From Haliotis rufescens (taxonomy: Eukaryota): a stretch of 64,000 nucleotides of DNA. The notes under the pieces were generated by a model. That model ran no database searches. It had not been told where the DNA came from and saw nothing but the letters and a program-made list of their open reading frames with translations. The stretch lies in NCBI RefSeq assembly GCF_023055435.1, contig NW_025964223.1:24986001-25050000 (forward strand), in the 5' to 3' direction. Made by a program: the position numbers and the translations under genes. Below, piece by piece: positions 13,229 to 26,070 of the stretch; positions within the stretch are counted from its first letter, which is position 1; each line of letters starts with the position of its first letter.

Positions 13229-14652
13229 ACACAGTCAGTGTTCGGCCCAGACTAAGTGCAGGTGTCTCTATCAGGCCGAGACACAGTGCCGGTGTCTCTG
13301 TCAGGCCCAGACACAGTGCCGGTGTCTCTGTCAGGCCTAGCCACAGTGCCGGTGTCTCTGTCAGGCCCAGACACAGTGCCGGTGTCTCTGTCAGACCGAG
13401 ACACAGTGCCGGTGTCTCTGTCAGGCCCAGACACAGTGCCGGTGTCTCTGTCAGACCGAGACACAGTGCCGGTGTCTATGTCAGGCCCAGACACAGTGCC
13501 GGTGTCTCTATCAGGCCCAGACACAGTGCCGGTGTCTCTGTCAGGCCTAGCCACAGTGCCGGTGTCTCTGTCAGTCCCAGACACAGTGCCGGTGTCTCTG
13601 TCAGTCCCAGACACAGTGCCGGTGTCTCTATCAGGCCGAGACACAGTGCCGGTGTCTCTATCAGGCCTAGCCACAGTGCCGGTGTCTCTGTCAGGCCCAG
13701 GCACAGTGCCGGTGTCTTTGTCAGGCCCAGGCACAGTGCCGGTGTCTCTGTCAGGCCCAGACACAGTGCCGGTGTCTCTGTCAGACCGAGACACAGTGCC
13801 GGTGTCTCTGTCAGGCCCAGACACAGTGCCGGTGTCTCTGTCAGACCGAGACACAGTGCCGGTGTCTATGTCAGGCCCAGACACAGTGCCGGTGTCTCTG
13901 TCAGTCCCAGACACAGTGCCGGTGTCTTTGTCAGGCCCAGACACAGTGCCGGTGTCTCTGTCAGTCCCAGACACAGTGCCGGTGTCTCTGTCAGTCCCAG
14001 ACACAGTGCCGGTGTCTCTATCAGGCCTAGCCACAGTGCCGGTGTCTCTATCAGGCCTAGCCACAGTGCCGGTGTCTCTGTCAGGCCCAGGCACAGTGCC
14101 GGTGTCTTTGTCAGGCCCAGGCACAGTGCCGGTGTCTCTGTCAGGCCCAGACACAGTGCCGGTGTCTCTGTCAGACCGAGACACAGTGCCGGTGTCTCTG
14201 TCAGGCCCAGACACAGTGCCGGTGTCTCTGTCAGACCGAGACACAGTGCCGGTGTCTATGTCAGGCCCAGACACAGTGCCGGTGTCTCTGTCAGTCCCAG
14301 ACACAGTGCCGGTGTCTTTGTCAGGCCCAGGCACAGTGCCGGTGTCTTTGTCAGGCCCAGACAGAGTGCAGGTGTCTTTGTCAGTCCAAGCCACAGTGCC
14401 GGTGTCTCTGTCAGTCCCAGACACAGTGCCGGTGTCTCTATCAGGCCTAGCCACAGTGCCGGTGTCTCTGTCAGGCCGAGACACAGTGCCGGTGTCTCTG
14501 TCAGTCCCAGACACAGTGCAGGTGTCTCTGTCAGGCCGAGACACAGTGCCGGTGTCTCTATCAGTCCCAGACACAGTGCCGGTGTCTCTGTCAGACCGAG
14601 ACACAGTGCCGGTGTCTATGTCAGGCCCAGACACAGTGCCGGTGTCTCTATC
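13220..14652. repeat. 30-bp minisatellite, about 47 copies, 3' of paralog A
   Basis: Unit caggcccagacacagtgccggtgtctctgt. Confidence 0.98.
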
Positions 14653-16540
14653 GTGTAGCTACATCCTGTGTATATTAAATTGACGTGCTTTATGATGTAG
14701 CCACATCCTCTGTATACTAAATGGGCGTGCCTTATCATGTAGCTACATCCTGTGTATATGAAATGTTCGTGCCTTATCGTGGTTATATCCTGTGTATATT
14801 AAATGGGCGTGCCTTATCATGTAGCCACATCCTGTGTATATGAAATGTTCGTGCCTTATCGTGTAGCTACATCCTGTGTATATTAAATGGGCGTGCCTTA
14901 TCATGTAGCTACATCCTGTGTATATTAAATGGTCGTGCCTTATCATGTCGCTACATCCTGTGTAAATTACATGGGCGTGCCTTATCATGTAGGTACATCC
15001 TGTGTATATGAAATAGGCGTGCCTTATCATGTAGCTACATCCTGTGTACATTAAATGGTCGTGCCTTATCATGTCGCTACATCCTGTGTAAATTACATGG
15101 GCGTGCCTTATCATGTAGGTACATCCTGTGTATATGAAATAGGCGTGCCTTATCATGTAGCTACATCATGTGTACATTAAATGGTCGTGCCTTATCATGT
15201 CGCTACATCCTGTGTACATTAAATGGGCGTGCCTTACCATGTAGCGACATCCTGTGTATATTAAATGGTCGTGCCTTATCGTGTAGCTACATCCTGTGTA
15301 TATTAAATGGGTTTGCCTTATCATGTAGCTGCATCCTGTGTCCATTAAATGGTCGTGCCTTATCATGTAGCTACATCCTGTGTATGTTAAATGGGCGTGC
15401 CATATCATGTAGCTACATCCTGTGTATATTAAATGGGCGTGCCATATCATGTAGCTACATCCTGTGTATGTTAAATGGGCGTGCCATATCATGTAGCTAC
15501 ATCCTGTGTATATTAAATGGTCGTGCCTTATCGTGTAGCTACATCCTGTGTATATGAAATGGGCATGCCTTATCATGTAGCTACATCCTGTGTATATTAA
15601 ATGGTCGTGCCTTATCATGTAGCTACATCCTGTGTATATTAAATGGTCTTGCGTTATCACGTAGCTACATCCTGTGTATATTAAATGGTCGTGTTTTATC
15701 ATGTAACTACATACTGTGTATATTAAGTGGTCGTGCTTTATAATTTAGCTACATCAAATGGTTATTTAATGGTCTTGTTTTATCATGTAGCTACACACTG
15801 TGTAAATTAAGTGGTCGTGCCTTATTATGTAGCTACACTCTGTCTATATTAATGGTCGTGCCTTATCATGTAGCTACATCCTGTGTATATTAAATGGTCG
15901 TGCCTTATCATGGAGCTACATCCTGTGTATATGAAATGGGCATGCCTTATCATGTAGCTACATCCTGTGTATATAAAATGGTCTTGCGTCATCACGTAGC
16001 TACATCCTGTGTATATTAAATGGTCGTGTTTTATCATGTAATTTCACACTGCGTATATTAAGTGGTCGTGCTTTATAATTTAGCTACATCAAATGGTTAT
16101 TTAATGGTCTTGTTTTATCATGTAGCTACACACTGTGTAAATTAAGTGGTCGTGCCTTATTATGTAGCTACACTCTGTCTATATTAATGGTCGTGCCTTA
16201 TCATGTAGCAACATCCTGTGTATATTAAATGGTCGTGCCTTATCGTGTAGCTACACTCTGTCTATATTAATGGTCGTGCCTTATCATGTAGCTACATCCT
16301 GTGTATATTAAATGAGCGTGCCTTATCATGTAGCTACATCAAATGTTTTTTTAATGGTCGTGCCTTATCATGTAGCTACACCCTGTGTATATTAATGGTC
16401 GTGCCTTTTCATATAGCTGTAGCTGGTGTTTATCAAATGTTATCTTGTAGCTACATCCGATGCATGTTATTTGGGCGTGTCTCCTCATGTACCTACATCT
16501 CATGTATATTTAGTGGACGTCCGTCTTCATGTAGCCTGTG
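14650..16540. repeat. 42-bp satellite array A
   Basis: Unit tcatgtagctacatcctgtgtatattaaatggtcgtgcctta. Confidence 0.97.
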
Positions 16541-17463
16541 TATCGTGAATAGGGTAATCTATTTACCTTGAGGTTGTGTGCCTGATCCCGTAAATACTAG
16601 TATCATATTACCTGCTTTATTCTGAATGTATTACACATACATTAATTTGTTTTCCAAATGTACCTGTCATGTGGTTTTAAATGGTAATGAAGGGTCTGTT
16701 AAAAAGAGTTATAAAAAAACTTAATAATCAAAAGAGGAAAAAAATTAATTCATGGGTTAAAAAAAAATCAATTGAGTTTAAATGCTTATAAATATAAAAC
16801 TGAAAAATATGAAAATATAGATAAAAAGAGGAATACAAAAGCTTCAAAACATAAATATACTGAAATAAGGGGGGAAAACTAATGCGCGGATAAAAAAATC
16901 AAATTGAGTTGAAATGCTTATAAAAATATAACTAAAATATCTGAAATTATTAATAAAAAACCCATCTTATTTATGAATAAAAAGACCAACAATATAGAAT
17001 ATATTGAAATATACCCTGAACGTATAGTAAGCATAGGGTCACCTAGACTTATTTGTAATCGGTTGTACACCCTATATGAATAGCTTAGAGTGATTTGTCC
17101 ACCTTAGTTGTGGGAGAGATGTAATCCCAACATAATTAGTTGTAAGAGAGTTGTGAACCCTATATTTATAATTTGTTGTGAGAGACATGTTCACCTCGGT
17201 TGTGAGAGAGTTGTCTACCTTAGGGCTGAGAGCGTTGTGCACCGTGGATGATTATACTGTGAAGTAGTTATACTTCTATAATAGTTGTTAGAGAAAAAAG
17301 GAAACTTGGTCTAACTGTAACGGTATTCGGCCACAATCTTTCTTAAGTTCCCGATTGTCAACACAAAATTCAATATGCAATAAAAGTGCTGATGGGCAGA
17401 CGGTGTTATTGTCTTAATTCTGTGATATAATTACACTGCAAGATTCGTTGTCTGCAGTACCAG

Positions 17464-17570
17464 GGACAACTTGCACAAAACGATCTTAGAACTAAGATGA
17501 TCATGACTCCCATACTTTAACATAGGCTTACAATAGTCGTAGCACTAAGATCGCTTTGTGCAAGTGGGCC
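17464..17570. mobile_element. About 107-bp MITE, PIF/Harbinger-like (also about 26993-27099, 7985-8091, partial 10357-10445)
   Basis: TIRs ggacaacttgcacaaaacgatcttag / ctaagatcgctttgtgcaagtgggcc, flanked by a 3-bp CAG duplication. Confidence 0.7.
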
Positions 17571-17716
17571 CAGATGAAGTGGTAAGTAGAGCACCTCGGT
17601 ACAACACGTGACTATGAAGCAGGTGATTGTATACATCCGATGAGGGAGTTACACGTGTTTATTTGTTTGTTGTTTGACGCCGCACTCAGCAATATTCCAG
17701 CTTAATCCAGCTATAG

Positions 17717-18604
17717 GCCTGTGGGGTACCTGTCTGGGGGAGGGTGCAGGCCACGGCTACATGTTGACGTTGCTGGCTACAAGGTGGTTCTGTACGATTC
17801 GGGCTGGCGTTGTCGTGCTGATAAAGAACACCGCGTGGTAGCTGTTTTAGGAATGTTTGGACAATCGGACGCAGAATGTCATCCACGTAACGCTGAGCTC
17901 TTAACGATGACCAGTGGTGTTCTTTCCTGCCAGCAAATTCCTCCCCACATTGCATCCCCTCCACCACACTCCACCCTCTGACGACGATGTTGCTCTGTCA
18001 ATAACTGTCCTCTATAAGGACTGTAAGCCCTATATCCTTGAGATCCGAGTCGCCTGGTCACTGTCTGTTGACTTACCATACGCCCAAAGGCATTCGTCGC
18101 TGATGACGTCACTGTCAAGAATCGATTCCAGAGATGCAAAGTTCGCAAACACCGGTCTTCATTGGGCGTAGTTACTCTGGGTCTGCGTGTTGCCTGTCTG
18201 GTGTCTGCCCGGTCCATCTGTAACGTTGCATCAGGTTAGTTACAGCAACACGGGAGCAACCCCAAAAGTTCTAGCTACGTGGGCCTGGGTGGCTTCCATC
18301 TGTACCATACTCAGGGGACCCGTGAAGATCCAGGGTAGATTAGGTCTTCAGTAACCCGTGTTTGCTGCATAAGGCGATTATGCTTGTCGTAAGATGCGAC
18401 TAACGGGATCGGGTGGTCAGACTCGCTGACTTGGTTGATGCATGTCATTGTGTCTAAATTGCGTGGATCAATCTCTGGATTGTTTGGTCCAGACTCGATT
18501 ATTTACAGACCGCCATACATATAAAGTGTGTCGTTAAACAACAAACAACAACGACATACTAAGAGCCCTTCTCGCGTTGTTCGGGTCTGTTTACTTGAGC
18601 GCAT
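17717..18604 (-). mobile_element. Decayed Tc1/mariner transposase remnant, interrupted by a SINE
   Basis: Minus-strand frames give RPRVTTPNEDRCLRTLHLWNRF...VSQQTVTRRL...LTEQHRRQR (DNA-binding region), GGGDAMWGGIC and AQRYVDDILRPIV...YQHDNASP (DDE region), with frameshifts and deletions. Confidence 0.85.
18317..18553 (+). mobile_element. SINE-like family A inserted in the Tc1 remnant
   Basis: Homologous to 8423-8684; flanked by imperfect TSD catact(c/a)ag. Confidence 0.85.
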
Positions 18605-19231
18605 GAATTGAATGGAAATTAATGGTTAATACTTGTGAGTGAGAGAGTTACAACGGCAATGTATCAGTCATATGTGGATGAGAACAAATTATGTATTCAT
18701 TAAAACACTGCGCAGTAAAGAAACAAGGTAAATATCACAGATTTGATATAAAACAAACCAGATTGATTAAAGTTAAAAATCATATAGATAAACAGTTATT
18801 TTCGACACATGTTCACAATTTATGATACAGACCAATTCATGGTCAACTTCTTCCAGAATCATCAGTGTCAACGATCGGGGTTTATGTTATTTCTTTTAGT
18901 CCGACTGAACTTCATGAAAATGAAACAAAGGACACCAACTTTCTTATTTACAAGCTCCATACACCCCTTACATCGTTCTCTTGTTCCTAATATACCGGGA
19001 GGAAACGAAGGTGGCACGCGCTGAACTGCAGTTTGCTTGTTTTGATGTCGAACGAAGGGAGATAACTCTAATGGAACACGTTTTTCAAACATTTTGTTAA
19101 ACACCAACAGAAGATGACCAGGGGTCATTGATATTATCAATCAAAGGAACGTTGATTATGAACACCCGACAGCCATCAACTAAATTAGTTTCAATATTGA
19201 AAACACCTTATTGTCGATTTTCATGTTACAA

Positions 19232-19375
19232 TGACGTCATAGTAGCATGACGTCACAGGTCAAAGTTCATCACTTCGTAGTATTGTTCTGCGAGACCGCT
19301 GGCACAAAGGCAGCTCTCCTTTTTTAAGAAGTTTAATCAGTATATTACACCCCGCAGAGATCGGACACCTTCCAG
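19232..19375 (+). promoter_or_regulatory. Putative promoter and non-coding exon 1 of paralog B
   Basis: TGACGTCA at 19232 and 19248, AGGTCAaAGTTCA at 19257-19269, donor CAG|gtaagt at 19375. Confidence 0.6.
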
Positions 19376-19649
19376 GTAAGTACCAGAGTATACTACTTTC
19401 TTTTCTAGGCTTCCTGCGGTTGTATTTAATAGCTCCATATTGTTTCCCTAAAACACGACCGTGTCTGATGTGAGGTTGCGGTAAGAAAATGTTTGATGTG
19501 TATTAGGATCAACGGTTTTATCCATTTCTGAGGCCACATCAGCTGAGAACCGATTAATCTGTTCTATCTTTAACATTTTGTCCTCGTGTTCCAACTGATT
19601 AAATGGTTAATTTGCTTTAACCAGATCTTTTAAAACGCTATATAAGCGC

Positions 19650-19835
19650 GATAGTTGGTTTTAACCCCACTTTTAAAAGGATTCCAGTAATTTCACTGCG
19701 TGTTAGCTTACTGTGGGAATGTCCGAAGTGATGCAGGTCTCAGACGTTTACCACTTTGGTGAAACACACGAGCACGGGCATGGTGCCGAAAAACCTAGAA
19801 ACATAATCGGGTCGAGCCGGGATTCGAACCCAAGA
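19650..19835 (-). mobile_element. SINE family B, 5'-truncated, in intron 1 of paralog B (second copy about 28745-28930 in C)
   Basis: Homology to 8921-9182; not seen in intron 1 of paralog A. Confidence 0.75.
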
Positions 19836-20422
19836 TCATATACTATACTCCAATACCCCAACACAGACTTACACATGCGCGGGTCCGGATATCTATTTGT
19901 AAGGTTTCTTTCAATGGTGGCAGTAATAAACTTCAAAGATGGTAGAATGCCAGCGATAAGATAGTGTTTATTAATGAAACTTATTTTTTATGACACTGTA
20001 CCTATTTTTCTAGCAAAGCAGGTACATTCGTAATTATAGTTACCTGTAAATCAGAAAATACGAAGACATATACACTCTTTAACATATTAATATGCTGACG
20101 TATAGTTTTCGCACTTGATATGCATTGAACGTATGCATACACATGGTACTTGATTTTGTGTAATCTTTTTTTCCGATTTTGCAACATGTAATTAACTTTT
20201 TTCGGTTCTGATTTTCTTGGGCCAAGACTACACTTTTTACTCACTGACGTAAACTTTGTTATGCAGATGACTTTTTAAAAATCTATGGCCTAACTAAAAT
20301 TTATTAAAATATATCTTACGTAATACAGATTTAATTGCTTGATCAAACCGAGCCGAAAACTGATGTTTTTTTAATTTTCAAATACTATTTTTGAAAACAG
20401 TGTGACATCCAGGGATCCCACA

Positions 20423-22192
20423 ATGTCCTCTGTCGAACTTGCTGAAAGACAGAAGGGCGAAGATGCAGTAATTAATTCCGAGGACTACCGTTACATCATG
20501 TCAACATCGGCGTCTGACTTAAGTTCCTCTCCATCGTCATCCAAGACTAGTCCTCGGAGACCTGAAGCTTCCGCCAAAATGCCAGCACGGGTAGATAACT
20601 CCATCAAACCTGGAGACTACAAATATATCATTGAGACATCGGCGTCAGACGAGTCATCATCTCCATCACGCAAAGGTCTTCGTGAATCTGTTGGAGCATC
20701 TGCTTCACCCTCTAGGAGCTCTCACAGCAGTCCTCGTGAATCTGACAGTGGATCTGACAAACCTGATGACAGATGCTACACTTCACCAACGTCATCTCCA
20801 TTGCCACACCCAAGGTCTCTTACAGGGTCCAGGGAATCTGTCTTGTCGTCTGAAATTCTAAGCAGCGTCTCCTCTGACTCTGAGAAAGTATTCGACCCCT
20901 TCGCGAAGGACCACCTTCAGCCCAGACTTTCTCCGAGGGAGCCATCTGTGGACGTTCATTTCCCAGTCGCTGAAACAGTGTCCGAGGTATCCCTGGCAAA
21001 CAGGAGCGATGAATCGTGGTTTACCGACTCCAGGGAGTCGAACAGTTTCCACCAGGACGCACTACACATACGTAAGCTGATGCTGGACCAGGCCTGGGTC
21101 TCTGACAGGCAACAGCCCATGTCGGACTGGGTGTCCTCTGTTATCGTCTGGGATGATGACGGTAAGTGATTCCATCAGTAGTTGGAACATCATCAGAGAG
21201 TGAGTGAGTGAGTGTTGTTTAATATCAGAAATAGGCATCACACATTGTACCAACATTACATGATGAGCTGAAACATATATATGAATTATGACAGGTATAT
21301 TCACATAAAAGTATTTTCTCTAAGTAGCTTTGCTATCATTTTTTTCTTCCATTGAAGCAAATTTGTTAATAACGAAGTGACAGATATATATATATATATA
21401 TATATAATAAAATAATAAAGATATATATATATATAAGATTCTTGTTTCTGTCTCAAAAGTTGCAAGCAACTTGGGTGTGGACTCTCTCCTGACCAGACTG
21501 AAGAACCGGTTTCAGGTCTGCCCGTGATTTCCGTGTTCTTGTCACTCAGCGACCTCTCATTGCTTCAAGACATACAAGACATCTTTCTTAACGACAAACG
21601 GAACAACTCTAGGGGTCAATTATAGTGAACGCTCCAGTGAAGAATTTCATTTTTGAGGGGTAAAACTGGAAACTTAATTATTTTTAGGCCTTTTCCAAAG
21701 ACTCTGGGGAAACGTTTTTAGAATACTCCCAGAAGAGCCAATGGTCGGCCCCAACTAAGTGATATTTTCCTTGTTGTTTTCGTCATAATGATATCCGCTG
21801 AAATATCAACCTACTTTTCTTACCAGAGCACTTGGTGGCGCCTGACAAGGGGGAGGGAGACTCGGGTCCAGATCCTCAAGAAATCCAGCTCAGCATCCGG
21901 AGGCGGCATCAGCGGTGAGTACAGGGGTATTTGTTTAGCTGTTCGACAAGTTTAGAACGCCCCATTGAGGCGAATTCGAACGAACGAAACCAAGGATACC
22001 TTTGTTGAACAGTAACAGCAAATAGTTGAATATTAACATTACGTGTCAATGAAACGTTCTGTTGTCCTGAAGTTGCGTTTTCTGTCTGTAGGTGGAGACG
22101 AGGACAAGACACCACACAAAGAGAAGATGCAGAAGAGAGTGCAGAGGTTCATGTCCCGGTTCTTCATTTGTGGAGGACCATCACAGGCCTAG
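20423..22192 (+). CDS. Uncharacterised Ser-rich protein, paralog B (about 327 aa); coding exons 20423-21161, 21460-21515, 21827-21914, 22092-22192
   Basis: Same exon sizes (56, 88, 101 nt) and phases as A. The donor after 21515 is degraded (gtctgc versus gtgagt). Confidence 0.68.
21384..21435. repeat. Interrupted (TA)n microsatellite in intron 2 of B (shorter copy 30476-30497 in C)
   Basis: Direct reading. Confidence 0.9.
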
Positions 22193-23372
22193 ACACAGTC
22201 AGTGTTCGGCCCAGACTAAGTGCAGGTGTCTCTATCAGGCCCAGCCACAGTGCAGGTGTCTCTGTCAGTCCCAGACACTGTGCCGGTGTCTCTGTCAGGC
22301 CTAGCCACAGTGCCGGTGTCTCTGTCAGGCCCAAACACAGTGCAGGTGTCTCTTTCAGTCCCAGACACAGTGCCGGTGTCTCTATCAGGCCCAGACACTG
22401 TGCCGGTGTCTCTGTCAGGCCAAGCCACAGTGCCGGTGTCTCTGTCAGTCCCAGACACAGTGTCGGTGTCTCTGTCAGGCCGAGACACAGTGCCGGTGTC
22501 TCTATCAGGCCCAGACACAGTGCCGGTGTCTCTGTCAGACCGAGACACAGTGCCGGTGTCTATGTCAGGCCCAGACACAGTGTCGGTGTCTCTATCAGGC
22601 CCAGACACAGTGCCGGTGTCTCTGTCAGGCCTAGCCACAGTGCCGGTGTCTCTGTCAAACCCAGACACAGTGCCGGTGTCTCTGTCAGACCGAGACACAG
22701 TGCCGGTGTCTATGTCAGGCCCAGACACAGTGCCGGTGTCTCTATCAGTCCCAGACACAGTGCCGGTGTCTCTGTCAGTCCTAGCCACAGTGCCGGTGTC
22801 TCTGTCAGACCGAGACACAGTGCCGGTGTCTCTGTCAGTCCCAGACACAGTGCCGGTGTCTCTGTCAGACCGAGACACAGTGCCGGTGTCTCTGTCAGTC
22901 CCAGACACAGTGCCGGTGTCTCTATCAGGCCCAGACACAGTGTCGGTGTCTCTGTCAGTCCCAGACACAGTGCCGGTGTCTCTGTCAGGCCCAGACACAG
23001 TGACGGTGTCTCTGTCAGTCCCAGACACAGTGTCGGTGTCTCTGTCAGGCCCAGACACAGTGACGGTGTCTCTGTCAGGCCTAGCCACAGTGCCGGTGTC
23101 TCTGTCAGTCCCAGACAGAGTGTAGGTGTCTATATCAGGCCCAGACACAGTGCAGGTGTCTATGTCAGGCCCAGACACAGTGCAGGTGTCTCTGTCAGGC
23201 CCAGACAGAGTGTAGGTGTCTATATCAGGCCCAGACACAGTGCAGGTGTCTATGTCAGGCCCAGACACAGTGCCGGTGTCTATGTCAGGCCCAGACACAG
23301 TGCAGGTGTCTCTGTCAGGTTCAGATACAGTGCAGTTGACTATGTCAGGCCCAGACACAGTGCAAGTGTCCA
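22184..23372. repeat. 30-bp minisatellite, about 39 copies, 3' of paralog B
   Basis: Same unit. Confidence 0.98.
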
Positions 23373-23377
23373 TGCCT

Positions 23378-26070
23378 GCCTTATCATGTAGCTATCATCC
23401 AGTGTAAATATCTTGGACATGCCTTATCATCGCTATATTTTGTGAAACTATTATGGGCCTGCCTTATTGTGTTTACGCTATTATCGCTATTGTGGGCGTG
23501 CCTTATCGTGTCGCTACATCCTGTGTATTCCAAATGGGCGTGCCGTATCATGTAGCTACGTTCTTTCTTTTCTGAATAGGCGTGCCTTATCGTGTAGCTA
23601 CATCGCGTGTATATTAAATGGACGTGCTTTGACATGTAGCTACATCCTGTGTATATTAAACAGACGTGCTTTAACATGTAGCTACATCCTGTGTATATTA
23701 AAAAGGCGTGCCGTATCATGTAGCTACACTCTGTGTATATTAAAGGGACGTGTTTTATCATGTAGCTATATCCTGTGTATATGAAATGGGCGTGCCTTAT
23801 CATGTCGCTACATCCTGTGTATATTAAATGGGCGTGCCTTATCATGTAGCTGCATCCTGTGTATATTAAATGGGCGTGCCTTATCATGTAGCTACACTCT
23901 GTGTATATGAAATGGGCGTGCCTTATCATGTCGCTACATCCTGTGTATATTAAATGGGTGTGCCTTATCATGTAGCTGCATCCTGCGTATATTAAATGGG
24001 TGTGCCTTATCATGTAGCTACATCCTGTGTATATTACATGGGCGTGCCTTATCATGTAGCTACATCCTGTGTATATGAAATGGTCTTGCCTTCTCATGTA
24101 GCTACATCCTGTGTATATGAAATGTTCGTGCCTTATCGTGTAGCTACATCCTGTGTATATTAAATGGGCGTGCCTTATCATGTCGCTACACCCTGTGTAT
24201 ATGAAATTGGCGTGCCTTCTCATGTAGCTACATCCTGTGTATATGAAATGTTCGTGCCTTATCGTGTAGCTACATCCTGTGTATATTAAATGGGCGTGCC
24301 TTATCATGTCGCTACATCCTGTGTAAATTACATGGGCGGGCCTTATCATGTAGCTACATCCTGTGTATATGAAATGGTCTTGCCTTCTCATGTAGCTACA
24401 TCCTGTGTATATGAAATGTTCGTGCCTTATCGTGTAGCTACATCCTGTGTATATTAAATGGGCGTGCCTTATCATGTCGCTACACCCTGTGTATATGAAA
24501 TTGGCGTGCCTTCTCATGTAGCTACATCCTGTGTATATGAAATGTTCGTGCCTTATCGTGTAGCTACATCCTGTGTATATTAAATGGGCGTGCCTTATCA
24601 TGTCGCTACATCCTGTGTAAATTACATGGGCGGGCCTTATCATGTCGCTACATCCTGTGTAAATTACATGGGCGGGCCTCATCGTGTAGCTACATCCTGT
24701 GTATGTTAAATGGGCGTGCCTTATCATGTAGGTACATCCTGTGTATATGAAATAGGCGTGCCTTATCATGTAGCTACATCCTGTGTACATTAAATGGTCG
24801 TGCCTTATCATGTCGCTACATCCTGTGTATATTAAATGGGTTTGCCTTATCATGTAGCGACATCCTGTGTATATTAAATGGTCGTGCCTTATCATGTAGC
24901 TACATCCTGTGTATATTAAATGGGCGTGCCTTATCATGTAGCTACATCCTGTGTATGTTAAATGGGCGTGCCATATCATGTAGCTACATCCTGTGTATAT
25001 TAAATGGTCGTGCCTTATCATGTAGCTACATCCTGTGTATATGAAATGGGCATGCCTTATCATGTAGCTACATCCTGTGTATATTAAATGGTCTTGCGTT
25101 ATCACGTAGCTACATCCTGTGTATATTAAATGGTCGTGTTTTATCATGTAACTACATACTGTGTATATTAAGTGGTCGTGCTTTATAATTTAGCTACATC
25201 AAATGGTTATTTAATGGTCGTGTTTTATCATGTAGCTACACACTGTGTAAATTAAGTGGTCGTGCCTTATTATGTAGCTACACTCTGTCTATATTAACGG
25301 TCGTGCCTTTTCATGTAGCTACATCCTGTGTATATTAAATGGTCGTGCCTTATCATGTAGCTACATCCTGTGTATATGAAATGGGCATGCCTTATCATGT
25401 TGCTACATCCTGTGTATATAAAATGGCCTTGCGTCATCACGTAGCTACATCCTGTGTATATTAAATGGTCGTGTTTTATCATGTAACTTCACACTGTGTA
25501 TATTAAGTGGTCGTGCTTTATAATTTAGCTACATCAAATGGTTATTTAATGGTCGTGTTTTATCATGTAGCTACACACTGTGTAAATTAAGTGGTCGTGC
25601 CTTATTATGTAGCTACACTCTGTCTATATTAACGGTCGTGCCTTATCATGTAGCTACATCCTGTGTATATTAAATGGTCGTGCCTTATCGTGTTGCTACA
25701 CTCTGTCTATATTAATGGTCGTGCCTTATCATGTAGCTACATCCTGTGTATATTAAATGGTCGTGCCTTATCGTGTAGCTACACTCTGTCTATATTAATG
25801 GTCGTGCCTTATCATGTAGCTACATCCTGTGTATATTAAATGAGCGTGCCTTATCATGTAGCTACATCAAATGTTTTTTTAATGGTCGTGCCTTATCATG
25901 TAGCTACACCCTGTGTATATTAATGGTCGTGCCTTTTCATATAGCTGTAGCTGGTGTTTATCAAATGTTATCTTGTAGCTACATCCGATGCATGTTATTT
26001 GGGCGTGTCTCCTCATGTACCTACATCTCATGTATATTTAGTGGACGTCCGTCTTCATGTAGCCTGTGTA
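23378..26070. repeat. 42-bp satellite array B (chimeric)
   Basis: Same unit; start matches array C, end matches array A. Confidence 0.97.

Noticed and set aside
13204-14683. 460-484-aa ORFs on both strands (also 22168-23391 and 31230-32333)
   Set aside because: Stop-free frames of the 30-bp repeat, lying after the stop codon of the spliced gene model.
23384-25147. His/Cys-rich (MIRHAHLIYTGCSY)n ORFs resembling zinc fingers or metal-binding proteins
   Set aside because: Translation of the 42-bp satellite. No CxxC...HxxxH spacing, and homologous arrays are broken by stops and 41/43-bp monomers.
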